A DNA stretch of 64,000 nucleotides from Camelus ferus (Eukaryota): the NCBI RefSeq assembly GCF_009834535.1, contig NC_045696.1:61196001-61260000 (forward strand), given 5' to 3'. The translations under genes were made by a program, and so were the position numbers. Under the pieces are notes generated by a model. The model was not told the DNA's origin, made no database searches, and worked only from the letters and a program-made list of their open reading frames with translations. Within the stretch, counting starts at the first letter, position 1. Every line of letters starts with the position of its first letter. Positions 1 through 10,919 of this stretch are shown here, one piece after another.

Positions 1-1103
1 CACTTTAAAAACGTACAGGTTTTCTATTAATAAGGGAGACCAATCTTTCTGAAAAGCCATTTAGCAATGCCTGTTAAAATTGTTACAAAGCAAAAATGTT
101 AACAAAATAATGTGTTCATAGAGACTTTCTATATTTCATTTCTAAAGAATGAAAAATATGAAGTGTTTAAATATCATTTGAGAAGATGAATTTTAAAATA
201 TAGAAAACTGCTTGTAGTATCAAATGTTAAGTGACAAAGGCAGGTACATAGCAGTACCAGCCACTTGACCTTATTTTATAAAACCACAACACATACAACA
301 TGTATGTGCAGAGGGAAAAAAACTGACAGAAAATATATCAAAATTTCAAGTGACTTTCTGGGTAATTTTAATTCTCTCATTGTGCTTTTCCGAATGTTTC
401 ATTTCAACAATAAGCTCATATGAGAATCATAAAAACAGCATTTAAAAATACAGTAGTCGTGGGGGCTTACCAAAGGGCACCAGTGTTCTCCCAGGACTTT
501 CCCCTTAGCCCACAGCATTCTCCCAGGTAGCCCAGGGCTTCTTTCCTAAATTAGGGGTTGCCTCCTTCAAAGCCCCGCACTCAGTCCCTCTTCCAAGCAT
601 CAAATCCTAGGTAGCCCGTTTGGCTCCAGATGATTGGCAAACCTGTTCCTTCCCTTCCCAGCTTCCTTGGAATGAGTCTCTTTAAGCACCCTTGGGCCTG
701 GGCCAGCCTCTTTTGGACTTAATTGATTTATTGGGCAATGACTTGACACAATCTTAGCCCTCCCTTCTATCTGACATTTATCCAAGAGACTGCAATGTCA
801 CACATCACCAATAGGTGGTGCTGCCTGACACAAAAGCACTCTTGCCCAGGCGTTCTGAAGATAGATTTCAGGGAATATGATTTAAATTAATAATTGCTTG
901 AGAGGATGTGATGACTGTGCAGACACAGCATTGCTGCATAAGGGCACAGGGACAAATTTACCACCTACCACTCCCTTCACCGCACAAGAATAGCCATTTC
1001 TATACCAAAAGTGTAGGAAGACAAAAATCTCAGAATAAAGACCATCCTTGAAATTGAGTACATTTCATTTTAAGAAAAACTCAGTTATGTGGTTCTTATT
1101 CTT

Positions 1104-1431
1104 TTTTTTAAATTTTTATTGAAGCATAATAATCAGTTTACAATATTGTGTCAATTTCTGGTGTACAGCACAATACTTCAGTCATATAGGAACATAAATA
1201 TATTCATTTTCATATTCTTTTTCACCATAAATTACAAGATATTGAATATGGTTCCCTGTGCTATACAGTATAAACTTGTTATTTATCTATTTTATATATG
1301 TTAGTATCTGCAAATCTCGAACTCCAAATTTATCCCTTTCCACCCCCTTCCCACCCTGGTAACCATAAGTTTGTTTTCTATGTCTGTGAGTCTGTTTCTA
1401 TTTATTTTCTTTAAAAAAAAAAAAAAAAAGG
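1104..1431 (-). mobile_element. Young 5'-truncated L1 3' end (camelid-type)
   Basis: Perfect 16-bp TSD TGTGGTTCTTATTCTT at 1088-1103 and 1432-1447; similar to 23913-24175 and the end of 41628-42411. Confidence 0.88.
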
Positions 1432-1639
1432 TGTGGTTCTTATTCTTATCATTTCACTGCAGGCTGGTGAAAATTTGAACCTGGACATGGACTGGCCTTC
1501 AGGAACCCCTACTCTAGCCAAGGATTCCAGGAATTGGTGGTCCCTCCTCCATTCTCCAAGTTCAAATTTCTCTAAAAATCAATGCACTTCAAATTAAGAA
1601 CACCTTTATCTTCTTTGTGTGCAGTGTGGCCCACACGCT

Positions 1640-2200
1640 AGACTTTTCCTCTACTCGTGGCTGCAGTAGAGCGGTGAGCCTCTTAAGCAGAGCCATTTCT
1701 CTTAGAAACACAGATCTGACTTTATTCCTCTTCTTCTCTTCTGCCATCTTCCTTTGTCTACGAAGTCACAGAACTCAGCATTTCACACCAGTAGCTTCAT
1801 GATCCAGGCCTGCCTCACTCACCAGGGCCATACGAAAGCCATTTCCAGCCCACCTCAGAAACTTAACAAAAGGTTGGATGCTAGACTTGCCAACTTCAGT
1901 ACTGAGGCCAGGCCAGTTCGCATCTCCATGCTTTGCGCATGCCATTCCCCACACCTGCAATGCTTTCATGCCCCTTCACCTTCCTGGCACATGCCTATTC
2001 TTCCCCATCAAGTCAGCACAATGTCACCTCCTCTGCGGAGCCCCCTCTTCCCATGCCAAGTCACCTGGCACATAGTGATCTGAGAGCACTAATCGTCTTG
2101 CTGCAATGTCACAGTCCCCTGGGACACAGACTGTATCCATTCAACTTGTATTCCCTCTTCAGGGTTGACACAGAGAAGGTGTCCAATGAATCCTCATTGA
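1640..2200 (+). mobile_element. Ancient L2 fragment
   Basis: Degenerate L2-like motifs (cttagaaacacagatctga; aatgtcacctcctctg); boundaries approximate. Confidence 0.55.
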
Positions 2201-3249
2201 TTTATCAGTTCTTCATGTCGGCAAACCTGCGCCAGCTTTTTCAGTATCGTCCCTTAAGATCTTTTCAATAAACCCAAGAGATGCTGGCAAAAGCTGGCAG
2301 GTTGATGAGAAGTGGAGGGAAAAAAAAAACAGCAGGAAACCCTAGAGTTTAGGGAACTGTGTGTCTGGCAAGAAAAGCACAGGGTCTTCTGACCCTTTGA
2401 GGAAGCCTCAGATGATTTGGTATCCCTCTTACAGGAAATACTTCTGAAATGTATTAGCTCTGCCATCTTTTACCTCAAAATGACATTTTTTAATAGAGTC
2501 AAAAATGCCCAAATCTAAAAAAATAGGAATGACTTTGTAGCAAAAGAACAAATTGTTTCCAAAAAGGGGAGGAATGGGAAAAGAAGACAATTGTATACAG
2601 AGTTGTTCAGTGTATAATACAAGCTACTGATTGGCAAAGATAGGCAGGAACATGAAGAAACAAAATGCATTGTGACTCAGGTTATTGGGTACTTATCATG
2701 GCCCATGAACTTAGCAAAATGTTCTACCTATATGACCTCATTTAATCCTCACCATTCTATAAAGGAGGATTTAATTTCCCCCAGTCTACAGGCTCAGAAA
2801 GGTTAAGAAACTTTTCTAAGATCCAACAGCTGAAAATGAAATCCAGGTCTAGCAGCAATGCCCAAAGTTAACTTAATACTAACTTTTCCCCTTTTATGAT
2901 ATTATATTTGACTGATTTTTTTTAATTGCAGCTAAATATAATTCAATTCTTGCCTTAGGGAACAGGGTACACAGAACATGTTTGGATCTGAAGGATATCA
3001 ACCTCCCAGGCTTGAAGGCCCACCACGCAAGCCAGCCTAGAGCCCCAGACACTAAGGACAGTGCCCCAGACCCATCCTGAGTGGCCTTTGTCTTTTGTAA
3101 ATTCAAGCCATCAGCTTACTTTCTTATGATTTACCTCTTTTCCTAAAGTTCAGATGATAATAATGGTAAAGTTCAAAGGGCTATATTTCTTGATCCAGTA
3201 AATTCCTAAAAACCAGTAAGAAACAGACTAATAATCTAACTTTTTTAAT

Positions 3250-3900
3250 GGCTCAAGGCTACTAACAGGTAGCTCATAGAAAAGGAAATATATATGACCC
3301 AACTTATTTTTTTAATGTTTATTCATTCATTAGAGACATGCAAATTAAAACTATAGACACCATGTTTCACATGTCAGACTGAGAAACCAGACAGCTGCGG
3401 TACCACATGGAAACCTCTCACACTAGCATCTGACATGGGGAACAGCCTCCTGTATGGAGAGAAAGCCGGCAGGATCCCTCACGACTGCACACACACTCTG
3501 ACTCAGGAGCACCACTTCTGGGGACTCATCCTTCAGATTGCCTTGCAAGTGAAGAATAACCCACGTTCACCATTTATGGCTGCAACAGCTGTAATTGCAA
3601 AGGACTGGAAACCACCAAATATCCGTCCATCAAAAGGGGCCTGGTTAAAGAGATTATGGAACACCCATATCCATGCAACCCTAAACAAGAGTGGGGATGC
3701 CCTTTCAGTACAGCTATGGAACTCTTCAAAATACTGTAAAGGGTAAAAATAAGAAACACACCAGAAACTGATGATAATAAAGGCAGCCTCTGGAGAGGGG
3801 AGGTGGCAGCTGGGGTGGGAAATTTCACTGTATACTCTTTAGTACATTTTGAATTTTGAGCCATGTAAATTATTAGATATTCAGAAAAGGAAAATTAAAA
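3250..3900 (+). mobile_element. Ancient L1M 3' fragment
   Basis: atgcaaattaaaac and remnant of the ORF2 C-terminus (IAKDWKPP). Confidence 0.65.
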
Positions 3901-4257
3901 TACTTATACATATTGAGGCCGTCTGTATTATCAAAGTATCTGGCTTAGCTCCAGCTAACTGAGTTACTGTACTCTGTCCTGCAGTATATCCTGCCTCATG
4001 GAACTCTGGAGCAAAAGCTGGGGACTGTGAGTCAGTGACTTCATCAGATGGGTGCTCTGCCCTCTGCCAGCCTCTGTAGGGGAGAGACCCCTTAGGGTCA
4101 GCCAGGCCTGCACTTCCTCCCTCTGCCCACAGGTGGTGCTACAGGGCCTGCTGCCTGGGACAGATGGCAGTGGCTTGGGGAGCCCAGACCTCAGGCGTCT
4201 GACCAACAGGCAAAGAAACAGGCAGACACAAGTAAGTAACATAAAATAGAAACTAAC

Positions 4258-4263
4258 TTTATT
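4258..4263 (-). terminator. TNK2: TNK2 polyadenylation signal AATAAA
   Basis: tttatt on plus strand ~770 nt after the stop, followed on the minus strand by a U/GU-rich stretch. Confidence 0.85.
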
Positions 4264-5031
4264 TCTCTGGAAGAAGCAAATATTCATAGCTGGGGCAGCA
4301 ACTTTGGCGACAGAGGCTGGTGGGAAGACATGGAACAGCACAGGGGAAGAGCTGGGTCAAAGAGGACGCACTGGTGTCCCTCCAGGGCAGCTGCCCCCTT
4401 GGTCTCCTTCCAACCCTGGGGCCTTGGGCCCTGGTCCCTGCCAGAGAACGATCTGGCACCCTTGCTCTGCTACACAAGCCACATCAGGCTATTTCCAGGC
4501 ACAAGATCCTAAGACCGGCCAAGTCCTACAACATGTCCATGGTGAGGCTGTAAGTCACATCCTTTCTGACACCCCAACTGCCTGCCAGGGGCTCCCTAAT
4601 AAAGGGCCCAGCCCCCATGGTGCTGGTGCACCTTTCTGTGTGGCCAACACACCCTCCTCGCCTGGGTCAAGCCTCACTTCCCCACCGACAGGGCCTGGGT
4701 ACACACTCCAGCCACAGGCCCTACCAGGGACTGGAGCCAGAAGCAGGTCAGCTGCGGGGCCTGCTGAGGCCACCCCCAGGCCTCCTTCAAGAGGCTCCTT
4801 CCTGCACCTCGGCTGAGGGATGAGAGCTCCGAAGTTGCAGGGACAGCACGGGGTGAGGGAGGGACAGGCGAGGCGGTGCTCCCAGCCTCCTGCTGCCTAA
4901 GCCTCACTCTGCCACTGGGAACAGCGGGCGCAGCAGGCCCTCCAGGCCTGGGCAGGGCGTCTCCCTGCCCTTGTCAGCTGGACAGGCTCAAGTGGTTCTT
5001 TCAGGGCAGACCCTCTGGCTCTCCAGACATC

Positions 5032-5038
5032 TCAGCGC
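5032..5038 (-). CDS. TNK2: TNK2 last exon, coding part (G CGC TGA: final Arg + stop)
   Basis: Acceptor ...catcctttag|GCGCTGA completes ...HHKR*. Confidence 0.9.
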
Positions 5039-5623
5039 CTAAAGGATGGGAAACAACCAGAAAGCCCCTCCATCAACAGGGGTCGGTGCAACAGAGTAGG
5101 GAATGTCTAGTGTGGGCGGGGGCGAGAGGGCCTCGGTGCCTGCCGAGTCAGCTGGAAACTAGTGGTTCTAGGCAATGATTTTGGAACTTATCAACCTGGG
5201 ATGCCATCTTTAATAAACTAAATATAAGAGAACAGCAGTATTGTATATTAGATTAACTGATACAAATTAGTAAGAATAACCACGAGATAATGTGGTTACC
5301 GCAAAATACCAGCTAACATGGCATCCCATGGGCCAGACACTGGCTGCGTGGTGTGACAGCTGCATCCCTTGTTAATTCTTCTACCCACCTCTGTGAGGTA
5401 GACACTGTCATTTACACACATCTCACAGATGAGGACCCTGAGAGATCAGGAAAGGAGATAAGCTGACACCATGCATGAGAAGGCTGGGCTCTAACTCAGG
5501 CTGTCAGCCGCCAGCACCTACCAGGAGAGGACTGCACCACTTTTTGACGTGGTAAAACTTTCACTTGTATGAGTTTATATTCTGTATCGTGTACATTATT
5601 TACATGTCTGTGTATTTTGTTTT

Positions 5624-5658
5624 ATACACACACACACACACATATATATATATACACA
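5624..5658. repeat. (CA)n(TA)n microsatellite
   Basis: Read directly. Confidence 0.9.
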
Positions 5659-6107
5659 ACATAAATTACATAAATTTTTTACAGGAAAGTAATGAATTTT
5701 TTTTTGGTTAGACATTCCTTTGAAAAGGCATTAGAACTTCTAAGTGTTACTCTGAACTGAAACAGGAAATGAAGAGGTGAGAAGCAGTTGTTTAAATCAC
5801 TGGAACCTACACTGCTGCTCGCTGGGGCCCGCTCAGGAAGCCAGCCCCCAGCGCCCAGAGAGGCACCAATTCCTTTTACTCAGTTCATTTGAACAAAGTG
5901 GCTCTGAAGTCTAGATAGATGTGCAAGGTGAAACTGTATTCACCGAGAAATGTCTGCACCCCAGGATTGGGGCCCCCTTCTCTCCTCCCAGCTGGGGAGC
6001 CCTATGTCTCTGGCTGTGTGTGGCCCGCGAGGGGTTGGCTTTTCCCAGAGTGGTGTGCTCTGGAACACCCTCAGGGACAGGAGGTGGCAGGTGTGGGGCT
6101 CGCTCAC

Positions 6108-6235
6108 TTGTGGTGGGCGGGGCCGCAGGAGCCCAGAAGGTGGCAGCCAGCCTGCTCCAGGTTCCAGTCGAACATCTCCAGAACTTTGTGGCACTCGCCT
6201 CGTGGCCGCAGACCTAACCCAAAGAGCTGCTCCAC
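6108..6235 (-). CDS. TNK2: TNK2 UBA exon ([43 protein letters not shown])
   Basis: tag|GTG ... AA|gtgagc; 128 nt. Confidence 0.96.
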
Positions 6236-6403
6236 CTAAAGGGCAGAGGGCGGTGCCATGGGACACACTGGGGCCGAGGGGTACGGATCAGGGTAGGGCA
6301 GAGGAAAGCTGAGGTGGGGGCAGGGAAGGGGTGGGTGGGAAGAGAGCCGCAGAACCAGTCTTCAGGGTCCCTGAAAGCCAGAGTGGGCAGGAGGTGGCGG
6401 TAC

Positions 6404-6499
6404 CTTCAGATACTGGGCAGCCCTCTGCACGCTCCAGCCGTGGCTCTGCAGGGCCGCCTGGCACTCCTCTGTGGTCACCCCATGCACCATGGCCTGCAG
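6404..6499 (-). CDS. TNK2: TNK2 UBA exon ([LQ][30 protein letters not shown]); alternative start at 6493
   Basis: Tandem acceptors cag|CTGCAG|GCC; donor AAG|gtaccg; 96 or 90 nt. Confidence 0.95.
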
Positions 6500-6596
6500 C
6501 TGGGCACACCCACCCACCCGTCAGCACCACAGGCCCCTTCCTCTGGGTTCCCTGGGCCCCTGCCCCTCCTTGCCCTGAGCCAGGCCTGCTACTCAC

Positions 6597-7942
6597 CATC
6601 TGGATCTTGTCTGCTGGCCGTCCAGCCTCTGTCCCGTCCCCAGGGCAGCCCCTCTGCAGCAGCCGAGCAGTGGCCCTCAGGGTTGGTGGCCGGGCCCCTG
6701 GGTTGCTGTTGTTGGTGGAGAAGTTGGCCTTGGGGTCTGGGGCAGCCTGGGGCATTGGTCGAACGGTGGCAGTGGGGGCAGCAGGGGCCGGGGTGCTGGG
6801 TGGGGGTAGCAGCAGGGGCACAGGCACAGGGGCCGGCTCTTCAGGGCTCTGGGCCTCACGCAGGAAGCGCTGGTAGCGCTCCAGGTAGGGCGGGCGCTCA
6901 GGCAGCAGGTAGTAGTGGGTGCTGCTGATCTTCTTGCCATCTCGGACGATGGGTAAGATGCAGGGGCCAGCCCGGGAGCCAGGTGCCTGGATCACCTGGG
7001 GTGTGGCATACTTGGGGTCTGAGGCGAAGCTTTGGGTGGTGGGCATGGTCTTCCCAGGTGAGCTGGACAGCCGAGGTGGCAGTGGGGAGCTGCCGGGTGG
7101 CACGAGGGGGCTGGGGGTCCTCGAGCCTTGAGGGGACAGGGGCTCCCGGGGAGGCACCCGGGGAGGGGAGGCAGGCCCAGGCCAGCGCCCTGCTTCCTCC
7201 TCTCCCGAAGGGGCTGGAGACAGCTCACCACGTGGGCGTGTGGGCCTTGGGGGGATGGGCACCCGGGGTGGAACCTGGGGCTTGTCGTCACCCCCAGGGC
7301 TGGGCGAGGGGACCAGAGAGCCGGCCGGGACCTGCAGCTGCCGCATGCACTCCTGCTGCAGCGCCTGGAAGATCTCTGTGGTCTCGGCTGAGTTGGGCGG
7401 CTTGCCCCCACCCTGAGGTGGGAGGAACAGGTTGTCCTCCAGCGGAGGGAGGAGCCGCGCCGGCTCAGGCACAAAGGCATAATTGGTCTCGCCCTGGCTG
7501 AGCCCAGCAGAGACCCCTGCACCCACCAGGGTGCTGTTGATGGAGCAGACCTCAAAGTCATCCTCATCTTGGGCCACATCATCATAGGCAGGAGGCGGGG
7601 GCAGCGGGCGTGCATCCCAGTCCACCACAGGCGTGGGATGCAGGGGCCGGGGCAGTGCCCGCGTGGGACTCTGCGGCGGGGTCTTGTCCAGCAAGGAGCA
7701 GGCATCCATGGCCAGCTGTGCCAGTGAGGGCGCACAAGGCTGAGGGGCTGGGACCACGGGCTCCTCACCAAAGTCGATGAGTGTGACTTCACCGCCACCG
7801 TGGCCTGCCTTGGTGCCTGGCACCCGGGCCGAGGGCTTCGCTAGCCACAGGCCTCGGGGCAGTCCTGGCTTCCGCAGGCCCAGCCTCTTTAAGTCGCTGG
7901 ACAGGGGGTCTTGGTCCTCACTCACAGGGTCATAGGTTGGTT
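6597..7942 (-). CDS. TNK2: TNK2 large proline-rich exon (KPTYDPV...LIDF...PPPAY...STHYYLLP...DKIQM)
   Basis: ORF 6288..7925; cag|AA ... ATG|gtgagt; 1346 nt. Confidence 0.98.
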
Positions 7943-8671
7943 CTGCGACAGGGAGGCAGAGTCAGGCAGGGGGATGGGAAAGGTGGGGGTGTGGGCAAGA
8001 TAGCCAAGCATCCCCCACCTACTGCTCACTCCTAGTTCCCCCAGAAGTCAGCCCTCAGCTGTCAAAATTCTCAGTGCGCACAGACCCTATTCAAACCACA
8101 GAGGGCAGAACCTGGTCCAGATGCAGTCAGCCTTTCTGGGGGTGGTGAGTCCCTGCCGCCATCTCAGCTAGAGCAAGCAACACCCCACACCTGTCTGCCT
8201 CTGACACCCCCTCCATCAACACAAGGCCCCAAGTACCCCTGCTCCTGGGCCCTGGTTAGTAATCACTGCCCAGTTACGGCACACCATTAGTGCAGGCGAG
8301 GTGGTTCTGGGCAAGCTCCCACCGTCAAGGGCAAGAGGCACTATCCTTAGAGGATAGAGCTCCTGATCAGCTGGCATGAGAGCCCAGACACAGCCTCCAC
8401 AGGCCCCAAAGGGAGTGAGGCAGGGCCAGGCAATGGCAGGGAGAGGCAGAGGTGGGCGCCAGGATCATACGCTTGTCCCAGAAGCCCAGGCTTTTGGGGG
8501 TGGGGGGAGAGGCAGGCATGCTGGGCCAGGTCAGCAGCAAAAGCTCACAGCACACACCCGCTTCCCCTCCCACCCGGCCAGCCAGCCAGGGCTCTGTACC
8601 TTCCAGAAGAGGAATGAGAGAAGAGAGGGGGCGGGGGCAGGGGCCAAGGCACCGAGAGCAGCCCCACTTAC

Positions 8672-8716
8672 TCTGAGTGAAGATGACAGGCTGCGGAGGG
8701 CGAGGTGGAGGCTCCC
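8672..8716 (-). CDS. TNK2: TNK2 45-nt cassette exon ([16 protein letters not shown])
   Basis: ttcttgcag|GG ... A|gtaagt; phase 1-1, 45 nt; resembles the 15-aa proline-rich insert recalled from ACK1 isoforms. Confidence 0.88.
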
Positions 8717-9277
8717 CTGCAAGAAAGGCCATGCAGAGAGTAGAGGGGGCAGAGCAGGAGCAACAGAGGACAAGGGAGGCGAGACAGAGCCAGACAAGAG
8801 GGCAGAGCATGGGGGTGGGGAGGAGAGAGAGAGAGCCGTGAATAGGCGCAAGTGAACGGACAAACCCAGCAGCAATGGGAAGCAGTGGGGCGGCAGGATG
8901 GGAAAACCATGTTCCGGAGCGACAGGCCCAGGATCTGGGAGATGGATGAGGCTCCTGGCCAAGATGGAGCCCATGGGGTGGTTTTGGCTCAGGAGAGGAG
9001 AGCAGGATTAGGGGGAGTGAGGAGAGCCAGGATCTGAGCACGGTGGGGAGTAGGAGGGAGGGGGGAAGCGGGCAGGCCAGCTCAGGACCGACCGAGGATA
9101 CCCACCTCGGCGGATACAGCTGCCTCTCACCGTCCGCCCCACGCCCAGCTGGAGCCAGGGACACAGCTGTCCCCCTGCTGCCCTGACCCAACCATCCCAG
9201 AGCAGGAACAGGCGGCTCAGGGTGGCCTGAGGAGACAGCTGATAAACTAGGGGACCCAGGGTCACGGGAACCCTTAC

Positions 9278-9369
9278 TTTTCACCCTGCCCAGATGCTGG
9301 GTGGGTCTGGAGGTGCTCAGTTCCACGCTCAGCAGGTCAGGAGGGTCCATGGGATTTCCCAGATACAGC
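9278..9369 (-). CDS. TNK2: TNK2 exon ([30 protein letters not shown])
   Basis: cag|G ... A|gtaagg; 92 nt. Confidence 0.96.
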
Positions 9370-10724
9370 CTGTGGGGAGAGAAGCAGGTCAGAGGCGGCG
9401 AAGGGTGTGGGGTGGTGGCAGTGAGGACACTCCAGAGGAGAGCTGGGCTTGTGCCCTGGGGTCAGACAGAGAACAGAACCATCTCGCCCTAGCCCCTTGC
9501 AGATATGGGTCTGGAGCACAGGACTTCCAACTCCCAGTGGCTCCCTTCTGTAGATTTAGCTGTGACCAAGGGAGGGTACTGTGGGGGGGTGGGCAGAGAA
9601 TGAATTCCTGACCACAGGTTGAAAATTCTAGGACTGCAGGGGCTCCAAGGACACCCTACAAGGGCAGAGCTGGCCCTCTACACCCCCACAGTGCCCCAGC
9701 CCACGCCCGGCAGCAACCTGCTGACACAGCCTCTCTGCCAGGCCCTGCAGCACCTGGGCCACATGGCCCGGTCAGGGTGGCCTGGAGGTGGGGTAGCAGC
9801 TGGGCCACCACTGCGCTGTGCCGACTGTCAGGATCTGGGACTTAAGTCACTGAGGCTGATGAAAGCCAGAAGAATGGGGCTGGCCATGGCATGGCGCCCT
9901 GGGAGCAGGCAGAGGGCTCCAGGCCTCCTTCTGGAGGGTGTCTGCGCTCTCCGGCCCCTGCCTGGCTCTTGTGAGGTGAGAGAGGGCCACCCTCCCAGAG
10001 CTTAGCATTCTGGTGTGCAGGGGCAGGCCTGAAGGGCCTGCTGTGCTGTGCCACTTGGGTTGGAGACATGTGTCCAGAGAAGTCAGGGGAGAGCGCAGCC
10101 ATGAGTGGGACCAGCGGATTAGGCCTGGCGGGAGGAGCTCAGGTGGCTCCCTGGGGCGGGGCAACCAGGAAGTGACTAATTCTCCTGAGTATCCTCCCCA
10201 GATGCCCCCAGATGACCTATTCTTTCACTTAGAGGAGACTGAACCCCCCTCTCAGGCCCAGAGCGAGCAGACAGGTTAGGGTGCTGGGGCTGCTGCCTAA
10301 CACTTCCTTTGAAGTTTCCCCACAGGGAACTTTTTCTGTGCCTCGCGGCCCTGGGCCTGAGCCAGCAGCTCCCGTCTCCAGGACTCCCATACTAGCAGCA
10401 GAGGAAGGGAAACTGCTACCCAAGTGCTGGGGATCAAGAGAGGCTTTCCTATTGAACTGCTTCTAAAGGCTGTTCTGAAGTCCATTTTCCAAAGGCCAGA
10501 GTGTCAGAGGGAATTAAGGTGGGAACCTGGGGGCCTTTCCACTGAAAGAAAAAGTAGGTCCATCCTTTGAAGCACCAATCCCAGTTCCGCCTACAAGGAA
10601 AAGCTGCTAAACAGGAACCCTTGGCCCACGGTTGTAACGGGGACCTCGGAAGCCTGGAGAGCCATGTGCCCGGAGAGGGGGCTGCTGATCCTGGAGCTCC
10701 AGGTGGGGTGCTGCCTGTACTCAC

Positions 10725-10919
10725 TCGTCGATCTTGTCGGGGAAGCCCCAGCAGTGGCGGGGGTCGCTGTCGCCATGCCCCGTGTGGATGAAGCTATTCT
10801 GCAGGGGCTGGCTGATGTCCTGGGCCGACAGGCCAGCCACGGAGGTCACCACGTTTCGAGGGAAGGGCCCCACACACAGCGTCCGTGTGTTCTGCCCTCG
10901 CCACCAGTAATTCTCAGCC
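10725..10919 (-). CDS. TNK2: TNK2 exon, SH3 C-half and CRIB ([10 protein letters not shown]...[15 protein letters not shown]...KIDE)
   Basis: ORF 10721..10972; cag|G ... GA|gtgagt; 195 nt. Confidence 0.97.

Noticed and set aside
1617..2271. Cluster of overlapping ORFs suggesting a processed pseudogene
   Set aside because: No recognisable protein; the sequence resembles a decayed L2 element.
6521..6537. Possible REST/RE1 site (TCAGCACCAC...)
   Set aside because: Only the left half-site matches; the GGACAG half is absent.
6314..7798. Several 170-270-aa ORFs overlapping the large TNK2 exon
   Set aside because: Antisense or alternative-frame shadows of a GC-rich coding exon.
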